DNA from: Camelus ferus
Taxonomy: Eukaryota
Direction: 5' to 3'
Length of the DNA stretch: 64,000 nucleotides
Assembly (NCBI RefSeq): GCF_009834535.1
Contig: NC_045697.1
Coordinates: forward strand, 41,790,001 to 41,854,000
The notes under the pieces were generated by a model. That model ran no database searches and was not told where the DNA came from. It saw only the letters and a list, made by a program, of their open reading frames with translations. The translations under genes were made by a program, and so were the position numbers. The number at the start of each line of letters is the position of its first letter. The stretch's first letter is position 1. This document shows, in pieces, positions 11,280 to 25,341 of the stretch.

Positions 11280-12909
11280 CTGTAAGAAGACAGCAGCAGT
11301 AACACATGAGTGTGTGCTCAGCAGAAGAGCCCCCATCAACGGGCTCCCAGGAAATTCCTGGAACACAGACTGCACCTAATGCAGCTAGCACTAGGTTCTA
11401 TGCAACGAATCGGAAATATTTACCATGGTTTCAGCGTGGGAAAAACAATCTGCTTAAAAGGGAAAGACTCCTGTTTCCAGGAGAAAGCCAGCAAACAAAC
11501 GTCCTTCCCCAAACAAAGCCTAGCTTTTTGTCCTAGCAACAACTCACAGGCCTGCATTAACTCATAATCCAGTCTATTCACACTGCACTGCTGAATAGGG
11601 AGAAAAAGCAAAAGCAAAATGAAAGATGGAAAAGTGGTCCACAGAGCCTGGGTTTTCATGTGAAGCAAGTGCTGAAACAGTCTGAGTACGACTTATGCAC
11701 ACAATGAGGACGCTGGGACATCATGGTACAGCGGTCCTAGGAAGGGGAAAAGAGCCACGTGTGAAAATCTGACCCAGAGATCCTCCTCTATTGCTCTGTC
11801 CTGGAAGGGGAGCCTACTCCCCCAGATCACACCTTCAGGGGGACAAACAAAAGAAGAAGACACAAGGCTGGCCAGTCACAATGGCCAAATCAACTTCCCA
11901 GAGAGCCCTTGCACGTAAGGGTGAACTTTAGGAAACCCCAGCAGTGCCTCCATGCTTGATGGTTTCTTACTTCCACCCCCAAAACAACTCATACACTTTA
12001 AAACCTTTATAATCTCTAATATCCACTTTGAAATGCTGGAGGCCTCAAGGTATTTTTATGTTTAAAGGGGTATTTCTGAAGACAAGTATCAGTGACTGCA
12101 CCACTTCACGCTCTCTGAAAATAGTTAAGGGTTGCTCACAGAAGGAATAATTAAGAAAATAGATTATTAAATATTTAACTGAATTCTGATAACATTCCAG
12201 TATTATACTCACTTCTAAAGCACTCAAATATCTATGAACATTTAATTTTCACTAAGTGCTGTAAACTTGCAGGCATGGGTTGGATTAATTTATATCCAGG
12301 CGTTTAGTTTGAGATGTTGTTTTTTGTTTGTTTTTAAGTGGATCAGATGAGATACCATCTATTCTATTGCCCAACTCTTTTAAGTTCTGAGAGCCTGGTA
12401 CCGCATCTTGCAATTGAAGGGACTCAAAATCAAACACATTTATGAGGAGTTTGCAGCCTCCAATTTACAACAGATCCCCACCACTCCCGACCCTTTCACA
12501 TCCAACCACATTCACAAAGCTCTGTAGGCATTTGAGTTTGTAACCAAATTTTATACAAATGGACCAGGTTGAGAAATAAAACCTTTCTAGCACTGATGTA
12601 AATTAACAGAACAGATGAGGGGTTAGGTTAGAGAAGTGAAAAAATTTTAAGCCAACCAACTGAACAGCCAGAATGGTGTTTTACACTTTAATACAACTGA
12701 ATGGGGTTATGTGCGTGAGGGACCACATCAAATCAGTTTCCTAATGTTTACAAATCTCTTGAATCAACAAGACTAGCCTTCTCACATTACAGAGACCATC
12801 TCACTATCAGGGAAACAACGACCCTCTTACATCTTTAGGTCTGTCCTAGGTCAGTCATCAGTTTAAGCGGCTTGTATCTGAAAAATCTAGGTTTGGGAAA
12901 TCAGAGAAA

Positions 12910-13110
12910 ACTGAGCTGAAATTGCAGTTCTATTTTATATTAGCTGTTTGACTTCTGGGGAATCACTTAACTTCTGGAAACTCAGTATCTTTAGTCATGC
13001 TTTAAAAACCATAATCCCTATATAGTAAATTTTTGTGATAATTAAGTAAAATAAAGTTAAAATACTAGCACTGTGTTAGGCTCAAAGAAATTCTGTAAAT
13101 ATTAATTCAG
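12910..13110 (+). mobile_element. MIR SINE fragment
   Basis: tagctgtttgacttctggggaatcacttaacttctggaaactcagtatc resembles the MIR core. Confidence 0.6.
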
Positions 13111-14689
13111 TCTCATTTAACTGTCTCCAACACCTATAAATGCAAAAAGGACATATTACATTTAATTTGACTTCAGAGACAGACAACTAAGTCTAGAATG
13201 TCTAGTAAGTGCTTGGTGCACATAGGAAGTTTTTTTTAAAGTCTATCTTTCTTTGATACATAACAATGCACGTTAAAATTGTACAGTGTATGTGGATGGA
13301 AATTTGTCACACTTTAATGTGCATATGCATGGCTGTATGACATACACATGGCAGAAAGAACTAAATGACAAAAGAAAAAGATGCTTCATTTGGCATGGCA
13401 CAGTACCAGACATTTATTCTGTATTCTGATCCACTTATACCACAGTGCTGGGCCAAAAAATTTGCCATTTTTGAAATCAGAGTGTTTTAATTATTGTCTT
13501 TGCCTGGAGGATGCAGAGCAGTTCAGACAGTAATATCCTGCTGTGTCACTCTCAGCCCCGGCAGAAACAGCCCTAGTAATGAGAGTGAGTGACAGCCCTG
13601 GAGTGTGTTTCTGCCCAAAAGCAGGGAAGACAGAGAATGATAAGCACAACCGGCCATTATCCTCTGACTTTTCATTTGATGCTCTATCTCTACCAGTGGT
13701 GCCATGTGTCTGACCCTAAGTCTCATTTTGACTGCCAATCACAGATATGAAATCCCATCTGTGGATTTCACCCATGGATATAGATCGTGATTCCTCAGTG
13801 AATCAGCAAGAGAGGGGGAAAAGATTTAGAAAAACTTCTTCTGAGTCTCAGTGGAAATATAGATGCATTGCTAAGAATGTGATTAAAACGACTGGAGACA
13901 TTTATATAGCTATGAACTGAATTCTCTGTACTAAAACTACGTGACTTCTAACTGGAGATGCCATCTGTTCTAATTCATAACCCTTCGGTTCTGAGAGTCT
14001 AGTACTGTGCCTTGCAACTGAAGGGGCTCAAAAACAATTGATTAAATGTATGATTTGATAAATGAATACACTCAATATTGACTTTCAACCAGGTGGATCA
14101 AGTTTCACTCTGTCAGTTCTTTAGGGGGCTTAACTATTTAACTATTTGTGAATCTAAAATTCCTTCAAAAGGTGAAATTTTAACAAGCAGACTTGAGATG
14201 TAATTATCACTGGGGTGAGACTATCTGAGGAAGTCATTTTCAATCCATATAAATGTACTATACTGAATATAGACATATACATGTGTAAAATTATAGCCAG
14301 TCCACATTCTCCAATCTTAAATTCTGCTTGAACATAAATACCTATGCAGTTTTATTTTTATTTTTTAATAGTACTTTAGATGATGGTGGATTTGCACACA
14401 TTTTAAAGGACACAATGTATAAGTAAATAGTATACACTTTTAGATGTTAACTGGGGTTGTTAGCAATGCTTTGGTGCCAGTGTTAACTCTTCAAGTGTTT
14501 GTGATTTTAAGTTAACTAGGTCACATCAGTCAACTGTTCTCATGTATATGTAATTGAAAGTTGTGTATATTTCATTGGGAGCTTCTGTATATTTAGATTT
14601 GATATGAATTTTTCCTTTCCAGAAATAAAATACTCCGAAATAAAACTCTTGGCATGATTAACTTTTGCAAAAATTAAAAGACAGATTGA

Positions 14690-15260
14690 AGAAAAACCTA
14701 ATGAACTTAATAGACTAAGAAAAAGCTTCAAGTAAAACTTAAAAATAGGTTAAAGAAATCTGTATTAGATGCATAGTTAATTCAAAAAAGAAATACAAAT
14801 ACCCATTTACCATATGAAAATTTCAACTCCTCTTATAATTATAAAATAATAATTTAAAATATAATAATGTTTTTGATGAAAAACTGCACAAAGAATTTTT
14901 AAATCTTTAAGAGAAATATTGGATATGGTATGCTAAGATATACATGCTAAATGCTTATAGGAGTATGACTAATATTCTTTATGATGCAATCAGTAAAATA
15001 GGATTTCAAAGAATATTTATTAATATGAGCTTTTATTATACAAAAGGAAAGGTACAAATTTTACATATGATATCATCTCTATTTTCATAAAGGTAGAAAG
15101 CCAGATAAATAAGATGCTAGATTGAAATACACAATAATTTTAATAATGATTATCTCTGAATGCTAGGTTTGGAAGTTATTTTGCTCTCTTTTCATACTTT
15201 TCTGCACTTTGCAGATGCTCAACCACATTTTGTTTTATAATACATGTATTATTCCAGATG
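14690..15260 (+). mobile_element. Highly decayed L1ME-like fragments
   Basis: A-rich, with ttcaactcctcttataattataaaat and attatctctgaatgctaggtttgg...ttttcatactttt motifs typical of old L1 3' ends. Confidence 0.45.
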
Positions 15261-17099
15261 TTCTACCATGTATTATTTTATCCTCACGAAAAATTATTGA
15301 AAAGAACAAATGATAAGAATTGTATGGTCATTAAAGCACTAATCCATAAAAAGCCAAGAAAAGCTGGAAGATAATTATCACTAATCTTACTCAAGGTTGC
15401 TTAAAATTGTTCAATTTTGAATTCTCATTAATTTACCTATAACCTCTTCTCCCTCTTTCCCCAAATGCATCCCTGAGTCCATTCCCAAGGGAAGATTTGG
15501 GACAGGAGACTGACACTGCTCAAAGTGTAGACTCCGTCATGTAACTAGGACTTTTCAGTGAAAGAGACTGCTACCTTTCTTAAAGAATATATTTAAGGAA
15601 ACATTTTACTGAATGCATTGTGTGGAAATTTCCAGAAATAGTCACCAAGGGAGATTTTTTTCCTTGGAGAAAAATAATGGTAAACTGTCAAAATTATGAA
15701 ATAAAAAGCAAAACAATTAATCAGAAGTGAAGGATTATATGTGTATCGTCTCAAGTAAACAAAGTTTTAAAGATATATAGTGAATTACTTGTTTGTATTT
15801 AAATTTAAAACAAGTTGCCCAAAGGAAACTGTGGTCACTGATATTTGAGTTCAGTCTGCAAGCAGAGTTCATGGTACTGACCTGAGGACATTTTGGCAAA
15901 CACTCTCACACTGTTAATAATTTCAAAGGCAAAATGTTTCCTCATTCCCAATTACAAATCAGGTCAAAACTAGACCTATCATACTATTCAATTAATTAGA
16001 GATTACAGAAAAATAATTTAGTGTTCTGAGTAGCACTTCTAATTTTCACTCAGACTACTGCAAGGTCTTAATTTTTTTAAGCATTACTTTCTTCAAAACT
16101 TAGTCTGAATATTTATTAGAACTCTAATGAAAAATTGCAAAATATGAAGTAAATTCTGAAGTATTTCAGTGGAAAATTACTGAGCTAGAAAGACATTTCT
16201 ACCCTTTTATGGAGACTGATACTTGGAAAACAACAAGTTATGTGAAGTGTAAACAACAAATTGTAGGTTTCTATGGAGATTATCACCTCTTAATAAACAA
16301 CAACAACGAAAATAATAAAACAGCACATAATTTAAAAAATAAGGCCAGAAAACAAATTGGCCTCACATTCAACATCATATTTAATTTTTTTCGTGTTGTT
16401 TTGTGTATTATAGAGACATTGTTATCTGAAAATTAAGTTTTGGTATGCTTTGTTAATCAAATTTTTTCCAAGTATTTCTTCTTCAAAAGTTAATTTCAAA
16501 ATATCAGAGCAGCAACATTTCTTTGCATTTTGTCAATAGAAAAGTTGCATAAATCTTTAATGAGATTTTGAAAATTTTAAAACCCTTAAACCAGGAAATG
16601 AGAATTAATTAAAGGCCAATGGCTATAATCATTCTGTTTGTAGTTTGTGGTCAGTACACGACAAACACACAACTAAATGTTTACATCACATTATAGTAAA
16701 AGTAATGCTACATTTTAATTTCATGAATATTTTATATTATTTTACATATTTTTATACCTTTTACTAGGTCATAATCTCTTTATAAGAAGGAATCATCCTA
16801 CAACATATAGTTAGATTATATTTTAGCTAGAAGTAGCTATAAAATGGACATTTATAACCAATTATAGATTGGTATTAATTAACTGTGGTACATTTCTAAT
16901 AATTAAATTTAGAAATGACTTGTTGGGAGTCGACTTGGCTACAGATATAGAAAGCATGGACCATACAAGTTACTTCTGATTGCCTTTCTACAAGCTTCAC
17001 TATAAGAAATGTCCAAATGTGTGAATATTAGAGCAAAAGTGCTGCCTGGATCAAACTGCAAAAACAAATATGTGCGTATAAAGAAGTACTGAAAAATGA

Positions 17100-17300
17100 T
17101 TCAGAGTTAAGACAGTGAAGCCAGACTCCTCAAGTTCAAATTGCTCACTAACGACCTGTGAGATCTCTCAGCTTTAACTGAGGGTGACAAGATCACCTGT
17201 CTCATAGCATTATTGTGAAATAGTCAAAATAACAGTATCATAAACTATTCTATGCAGTGCTTGGGACATAGGATGCTCTGCTGTCATTATTATTGCCATT
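17100..17300 (+). mobile_element. MIR SINE
   Basis: gagttaagacagtgaagccagactcctcaagttcaaat...cacctgtctcatagcattattgtgaa...cagtgcttgggacatagg followed by an (ATT)-rich tail. Confidence 0.65.
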
Positions 17301-18241
17301 ATAATAATTTTGAACTTAAAATTTTTTGATAAAGTAAATATAATATGAATCTTTTAAAATGTAGGAATAACATTTTTGGACAAACGTTCTGAATATATTT
17401 GTTAAGAAAAGTACTTTCACAGGAGAGTGACTACTGATTTAATTTCCAAGTAAATTATTGATTTTCACCATGGTCATGTTTTCAAAGTACAATTGTGATA
17501 GATTTACTTTTAAATGATTAATGAAAAACTTAAAACCTTAAATAGGCATAATTTATATTTCCACTAACTTTTCACATTTCTTGGACCCATTCTTTCAAAA
17601 ATCCTACTCTTTGTGCTGAGTATATTAACCATAAAATGATATAATTTATTGCATATCGGTTAGTTGTTTCCCAGATTGAACTGAACAGTCAACAGAATCT
17701 CAATTTGAATCCAATAGTATATTTGACTTTTACTTACATCAGAGGCTGAGAATCTATCTAGTCACTTCCTTCTCAGCATCTAATTAAATTCTTCTGATTA
17801 AAACTTCTGAGAAATAAAAATAGAACGTTTCCTTAGAAAAGCTGAAGTATCTAGAATTTATGTCTTCCCATTTAGGTTGACTTAGTTTGGGAGATTAATG
17901 AATTCAAAATCTTATCTGATTGATATAGAATAAGTGGCACGTATATCCAGATCGGTGTTACTCCAACAATGATGATACAGGTGGAAGTCACAGCGGAAGC
18001 AAGTCCCGATGCAACAATCCACAACTTGTAGCAAATGGAATGCCATTCATCGTCAATGAGGCAAGACAGAGTGTATTGCCTTGCATGAATCTAAACTTAG
18101 AAGCAGTTTTCAATCAGGAGGTCCCACAACAGTACAAATGATGACTTTCATATTGAGGAATATTGGAAAATTCTGGGGAAATGTTTTGGAGTCACATTGA
18201 ACTTTATACTCCACGTGAACATAGCAACACATCTTTTATTG

Positions 18242-18429
18242 CAGTGCTTCTCCAAGTGTGATGAAACCATGTGTATGTCTAAAAGGATGGGCGGCAACTG
18301 AGAACTTGTTAGAAATGCTTGGGCCCAAGCCCAACTGAATCAGAAACTGTGGTGGTAGGACCCAATAATCTGTTGTTTTGAAACACCTGCCAGAAGATTC
18401 TGATACATCATAAAGTTTGAGAACTACTA
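18242..18429. mobile_element. MER5A-like hAT-Charlie MITE
   Basis: Termini cagtgcttctccaag / aaagtttgagaactacta; internal gaacttgttagaaatgc and actgaatcagaaact. Confidence 0.85.
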
Positions 18430-19034
18430 CTCTGGTAAGAAAATTTCCTACAGCAGGCAGAGGCTATAAATTTTAGAATTCATGTATTTCAACCACACTC
18501 ATCCTATTAGCTTGTATCCACGTTTTATTCCTTCAGTGACAGCCATTCAGCCAGAAAGTACTAAGCTTTAAAGCTATAAATCATATAACTTATCTAATTG
18601 CTTATTTGCAATGTAAATGATTAACACTCTGCAGCTAGTTTTGCAAGGACATGCCATTCAAGTTGGGATTACTGAGTCTAGCAAATTTGTGGGCCTCATG
18701 CATTAAAGATACCATACTTTTATCAGAGCAAATATTAGAGCACTTATTTTCACACTTGAATACAGATTTATTATACCTCTTTCCTTGATGCTCAGAGTCT
18801 GATGAATGAAACAGAGCATTAAATTTGGGGATGCATACCATTTTTGAAGATATAGATTAGAATTTTAAAAATTCTCTCATATCCCACTGCATTTATTATT
18901 TTTGAGCAGTGCAAAACTGCAAGATTAATAATAATATCAATTGACAATTGCATGATAATTTACAGTTTACAAATTACTATCACATCTCTTGATTTGTTTG
19001 CTTTCTACAGTGACCCTGAGAGGTAAAGCAGAAC

Positions 19035-19725
19035 ATCCATTCATTTATGCAATACATATTCATTGAGTACCTGTGCTGTTCCAGTCACTATTCTAAGTTC
19101 TGAGGATACAGCAGGGAACCAAACAAAGATTGAGGTTCAGGGGCAAGGTCTAGACTGAAGACATAGATTTGGAAGTCATCAATGTAAAGTCATAGAACTG
19201 GATGAGGTCCCCAGGGAATACTGTAGCTAGAATAGAGCAAATGATGTTCAAGTGAGCTCCAACTTTTAGAGACTGAGAAAAGGAAGAGGAATCGGCAAAG
19301 CAGACTGAGAAAATGGGAAGAGAAATGAGAGACTAAGTGAAGCAAGTGATCAGGCAAGTCAAATGCTGCTGAGGGGGTTAAACAGAATGAGGACTGAGTA
19401 CAGACCACCAGATTTGGGGAAGCGAAGGTCACTGGATTAGGAACACAGAGATCATTAACGACCTTGAAAGATCAACCAGATCAGCACACGTAAAATCACC
19501 ACTGGAATGTGTTTTTAAGCTTATGGAAGAGAGAAAACAGGAACAGCCAGTATAAACAACTCTTCTAGGTAGAATGTATAGAGGGGCAGAGATGGGCAAT
19601 GATGGGTTCAGAGGGGAGTAGTTAGGACAAGGAGATTTCAGACGAGGAACATTACAGAACATTACATTCTTATGGGAATTATTCACTGGAGAGGGAAAAA
19701 TGATGATGCAGCAGAGAGGAGATTT
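19035..19725 (-). mobile_element. LINE L2 fragments
   Basis: cattcatttatgcaatacatattcattgagtacc (L2 3' end, antisense), atagatttggaagtcatcaatgta, gatcaggcaagtcaaatgctgctgag. Confidence 0.8.
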
Positions 19726-22664
19726 AAAGACTCATCCGTATTTCTTTAAAGCTGCGCTCAAAATTTCTCACTCTCCTCAGAATCCTTAATAAGTTCTGGT
19801 GATTAATATAATTGATTCCCCCCAATGTTTATTACTTTCAAAATATGTAAAATGTCTAGAAGAGAATCACTGAAAGAAAAAGAAACAGCACTGAGCAGCT
19901 GTTCTCTTTTTAGTTCTCATATTGGTGATACAAACACACTTTATTTCATATTGGCGATATGAACAAGTTTCATAATGATTTCTTTTAAAATAAACATATA
20001 TGAATACACACACATTGTATTCACACACACAACCTCAACTACATTGAGGCTGATTATTGATCATTTGATCTATTCCTTAAAACATGACTCCTGGTATGCA
20101 GGATTTCTTAATTCAGTCTTACACATTTCAAAAAGCTGAATTTCCTTTCAAATTTTCTGGAATTAAAATCTTTCACTATTTATGATAGGTTAGTCCATCA
20201 ATTTTCAATATCATCAATATAATGATCATATAATCAGGGTTAAAAAGTCAGGAAATTCTATTATTAAAGGAAGGTGTAGGATCGCTTCAACACAAATAAG
20301 TTGGTAAAGAGATGGTTCAAAACCAAGTAGAGGATGTGTGGGCAGAATTCAACTAATACAAGTGAATATTTGAATTTTTGAAAGAAAAATATTGAATATG
20401 AATGCCTGAACATAATGGGTTGGCAAGTATTCATTACCTACTTGGAATGATTTTGGTAGATTTCTTTGTCTGCCTTGGAAGGCGACAGAAGTACTTATTA
20501 GAATTAAATATATTATATGGTTTGAAATGACTCAGGAATTTAGATTCGTGTATAGACAATGTTTAAATATTTAGAGAAGTTTAATTTGTCTAATTCATGT
20601 TTATTGCGCTTTAATAAAAAACAGATAAAAGTTATTCTTTAACCATAACATACAATTTACTAGATTTATGTATAAAATGAGAAAAACTGGAATTACAATT
20701 GAAGGCTCAGAAAACTCTAGGGTTCTACATCTTTAATTAATGGAATATTAATTTCAATACAAGTAGTACTGAGGAATGTGTGCCTACAAAAAGCACCCCC
20801 TTAAATAAAAAAAAATCCTTAATGGGCACAAATTAATTGTAATGCTCAGAAATATATCAAATCTATCTTATTAAAAGACTAAACTTCTTTTTACTCTAAA
20901 TTAGGGCTAATCTGGCTAATTATATCAGAATTAATATAGAAGGATTTTGGGGGGCTTTTTAAAAAGTACTTTTATAACTTTAGATAATACTAAGTATGCA
21001 AATAAATGAAAACCTGAAATTCTTCCCTAAAACAAGGACTCCTTATAACCATTTGCAGGCTGGAAATATATATATGGAGTCTTATGTTTAACAATCACTT
21101 ACGACAAATGAGAACCATCTTAAGATGTTCATCATAAAGCTAAAGAAACTTAAAATATTTCAAGAATTCATTCCTACTTCTCAAAATAATCTGCAACTAC
21201 TTCCAAAACCTTAAAAAGTGCCCACAGTGCTTAGCCGAGAGGAGTGTGATGTTCATTCAGAGCAACACCAGGCTGTTTAAAGGTCTCATAATTGTCCATT
21301 TATCCACAAGTACACTAAAAATCTAAGAAGTGACTTAGTTTTACATGAATTTTAGATAACTGAATCCAAATTGAGAGCTTCTTAAAATTAAATAGAATCA
21401 AAGGCAAGGAAAGCCCCTACAAAAAGTTCTCAGACCTTTTACAGTGTATTCATTTTTGGATTACATATTATTTTGCATATCTTGCACAAATATCTACAGG
21501 TTTCAATTCCTCAAGTTCTACAATTTTCTAGACACACGCAATAAATTAAAATTAGATCTCACCTGCTGATATATCTCATAATTTTAAATTGAAGAGCAAT
21601 CAGCCAGAATCCACAAGTCAATTCAACTCAGCATATCTTTATTAATTAACATTTAATGAATACCCATGGGTGTCTGCAGTAGCATTAGAAGTCAGCAAAC
21701 TAGTTTGCTGTTTGAGGGTATACAGTCTAATTCATATATAATCACCAACCTAAATCTGGCTAAACTCTGAATACAGATTGGCAGATTGATGGGCATATTG
21801 TTCAACTAGATGCAAGATTTCTTAAAAATAAATCCAATGAGAAATAATAGAATATTTTTTCAAATATAACTTAAGAAAGTCACCAAAGAGGTAATAGATA
21901 GATGCTCTTTCCTGATCTTTTTTTGTTGTGGGGGGGCCTGGGGGAAAGAGCATAAAAGGACTGGATAGACACACATATGTTTATACATATACACCAAGGT
22001 AGAAAGAGAAAAGGCACATAAAGCCAGTTATCTCTTGAAGAAGAATGTTTTGTAGTTGAAAACAAGATCAAATCAAGGTCTCTGAGTCTCTCTCCAATAG
22101 TCTGTAAACAACTCAAAGTTAGCAAACTCAATATTTTGGATGAGGGAAAAATCTGACCCTATTCAGATGTGAAGAAAGCAAGCCTGAACTAGCTATGATA
22201 GTTGTTGAAAGAACTTTCTTGAATAAATGAATAGAGAATTGGAGAATTATAAGACTCCATTCACTGGATCTTATTATTTATTGCTTTTTAATATGCAAGC
22301 AAGCTTGACCTAAAACATATTGAAATCCCTGGGGAAGGCTTCTTGATGCTTTACAATATATTACAAAGGAAGACGTGAGCAAAATCACGGGAAATTATTC
22401 AGTACCAAAATTAGATGCCAGTAGAGAACAAATATAAGGGGAAAACAGTGGGACTGCTTACCAACTACACTAAGTGCTCTACCACCCAAGATAAAAGTTA
22501 CCATATGAATCCAAGTTAGAAAGTTATTTTGTTGATGACATATTTGTTTTCCTTTTTTCTATAGTTTCTCAGCCTAATAACAGGTTATTATTTTGTAATG
22601 TAAAATGAGAATTTGGAAACGATAGTCTCTGAGTTTAGAGAGAGTACTCCTAGTAACTGGACTT

Positions 22665-22865
22665 TTTAATGCATTATCTCATTTAATCAGTAAAAAGTAA
22701 CCTGTGAAGGAAGAATTACTGTGCCTATTTTACAGAGGCTAAAACTGAGCATCAGAGAGGTTTTCTTCATTCCCCAACATCACACAGCTAACGAATGGAA
22801 GCAGTAAGGTCTAAACAGGTTCCATTTTTCCCGTTGTTCTGGGTTTCCTCAGAGTCACGCTGTTG
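22665..22865 (-). mobile_element. MIR SINE fragment
   Basis: attatctcatttaatc...cctattttacagaggctaaaactgagcatcagagagg. Confidence 0.75.
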
Positions 22866-23179
22866 TGCTCTTTCCTGCCTCACCCTGTACTTTCTGCATA
22901 GCATTTCCTTCTTCCTTTCTTCATTAGGGCCTTTGAAGATCTTACCCAAATGAGAAACCCTGCTGATGCTCCAAGTACAGTTGGTCCCTCCCTCTCTGAC
23001 TCCCAGAACACTTTGTGTGTATTTATGGAATAACATACGTAACCTTATTTTGTAATTAAAGTGGAGTGGCGCCATACAGGCATTTAGTTTACTGCATTCA
23101 AATCTATGTTTATTATTATTTTTTTACCTTAGTGGTACAAATTTTTAAGTATCAGGGCAGGTTCCATTAAGAGATAATG

Positions 23180-23680
23180 TGTCAGATAACTCCATGTGCC
23201 CCTTCAGATATGCTCTCTGCACTTTTCCACCCAGCTTCCTGCCCACGGAGACTAACTTGCATAAATGATAGCGGTGCTTTCCCATCCCCATAGCTTTCCA
23301 TTGGGTGGCCAATAGGCAGCCGTGGGAGGAGACAGGAGGGAGGAAGTGTGAGATTAGAATATTTATATCCTTGACTCCCTAGCTCAGGGGTTGCCTTGGC
23401 TTGGCTCTGTATTTTGACCAAAAATCACTACTCGCCCCTAAAAGACTTTCCCACATGGCACTCTTTTTCAGTTTTACTAAAACCCCTCTACCCGTGCCCT
23501 TTAAATGTCAGACTGGAAAAGCTCCTTCACAATGATCAGACCCAGGTTCTTTCACTATTGTCTGTAATCCCCCCAAACCCCATCTACACTTTTTAGGCAA
23601 GACCTTTGTATACTGAAACCTTCAAATTATCCTAATTTGAGTTTGTCCCTTTTTTCAGTTGGGACTCTGATTAGCACATT
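23180..23680. mobile_element. ERVL LTR16-like solo LTR
   Basis: ttccattgggtggccaataggcagccgtgggaggagacaggagggaggaagtgtgagattagaatatttat and a terminal aattatcctaatttgagtttg...gggactctgatt, as I recall for the LTR16 family. Confidence 0.7.
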
Positions 23681-25139
23681 TAAGTTTAAGTAAGTGATGC
23701 ACTTTGTACCTTTTAAATCACAACATTCTTCTCATTTCTAAAAGTTTAGTTAAGTAGAAACTTCACTGCAAACAAAAAATAATAAGCAATTTAATGCCAC
23801 AAACTTACAATTAATTAATTTAAGTTAATTAATTTGATATACTTTCAGGATTGCCAAGGCATTGTGAGGAGGACAAAAAGAATTTATGATATGATCTCTC
23901 CCCCAGAACATTATAATATTATTAAGGAGACAAAGCATGAAATGGAAAAAAAATTATAAAGAAAGCATGAGCTGAAAACAGGTGCCACCATTTATGATAC
24001 AGAGAATAAAAGGTATCATTTATTAAGAAAGTAACAAATAAATATTGACTTATCAGGAAGAATGTTGTGAAAGCAGTGGAACTTGAAAAGTGTTCTGATA
24101 AACAGTCTCAAAGTCGAAGTAGTGTTGTAGGTGGGGAGGGAATGTAAGTGCATGGGGGGCTCAGTGTCTCTGAAGACCTGGCTCAGATGTCTCTTCTGCA
24201 GTGAAGCTGTCTCAGGTTGAGTTGGCTTCCACATGCTCTGGACCTTCGTCTGTGTCTAAGCTCTGAGAAGCAGGATCCTTGATAAATATCAAGATAATAC
24301 TTCTTTTAATTGAAGTCATTTGTATAGATCTACTTAGGTTTCATAAAGGGATTCAGGTGAGAAAAATATATTGAACAATTAAATATATAATTTTAAATAA
24401 AACAAACTATATTTGCTTGGCTATCCATTTTTAAGTTGGCAGCTACAGGAATATCAAATGATAAGCTGGCCACAGGGAAGCTTTCTCTTTTTCTAGAACC
24501 TGGGAACATACTAACACTAGGAGTATATTAACAACTGCAGAGAAGCAAGGTGGTAATTTGAAAATCCAATACAGGGGATCAGAGTTTGGTTAAGGCTGAG
24601 TCCTTATTCCACTGCAAGATGTCTGAGCAAACAAGGCTTCATGCAAATCATATTTAATTTTCTTTTCATTTTGCATCTACAATGAAGATTTAAAAATCAG
24701 TCAGTTCCTTGCATATTGTCTTCATTTTCACTAATACGTGCTCTCCTGCCAGAACTTTAACCACCTCCTTTATTTAAAATAGAAATAATAAAAAATGTCG
24801 CCCTGATTCACAAAGAATAGAGTGAACTAGTGGGTGAGAGGACTCTGCCCTGACCAGGGCCCCTGTTTAAATATAGGAGATCACAAATTTCATGTAGCTC
24901 AGCCACATCTCCCTTATGCTGCTCCTCATAAAATTTCGGCTGAGAATCAATCTGTTATTAACTTCCAATGAGGCTGACATCTTTAATGCCCAATATTAAG
25001 CTCTAAAAAAATCTCAAGTGCTAGTAATGATGAAACCTGGAGATCTATTATTTACTTATATGAAATGTGGGGTCAGTAAGGTGATTTTAGTTTCTCGGTA
25101 ATTTTCCATAGATCTGAGTTTTTGGCTTATGTTAGTTTG

Positions 25140-25341
25140 CAGAGCCAGGATTAGAATGGTACAAAATTTTAAGGAGCACCAAAATACTCAGTGATCAAGA
25201 TAAATGAATTTTAATAGCATATTTAACAAAAGCAAATTAGCATAAAAATCCACAATGAACAAAACCAAAATAAAGGGTCACTATTACTGATTTTTCCTTT
25301 AGTCTTAGTTTCCAATATCACGATTATTGATCCTGGCCCTA
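25140..25341. mobile_element. Non-autonomous hAT element (Tip100/Zaphod-like) with intact 8-bp TSD
   Basis: TIRs CAGAGCCAGGATT / GATCCTGGCCCTA; flanked on both sides by TTAGTTTG (25132-25139 and 25342-25349). An 8-bp TSD is characteristic of hAT. Confidence 0.88.

Noticed and set aside
11047..11391. 114-aa ORF as a standalone gene
   Set aside because: Only 11157-11279 is exon, bounded by canonical splice sites; the flanks are intron read-through.
17929..18141. About 70-codon stop-free plus-strand frame with several CpGs (possible retrocopy or small RNA)
   Set aside because: No recognisable protein or RNA family, no poly(A) tail or TSD; the 3' part looks like a DNA-transposon fragment. BLAST would be needed to revive it.
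23808..23836. AT-rich quasi-palindrome (caattaattaatttaagttaattaatttg)
   Set aside because: Low-complexity (TTAA)n sequence is self-complementary by nature; no sign of a miRNA-like hairpin.
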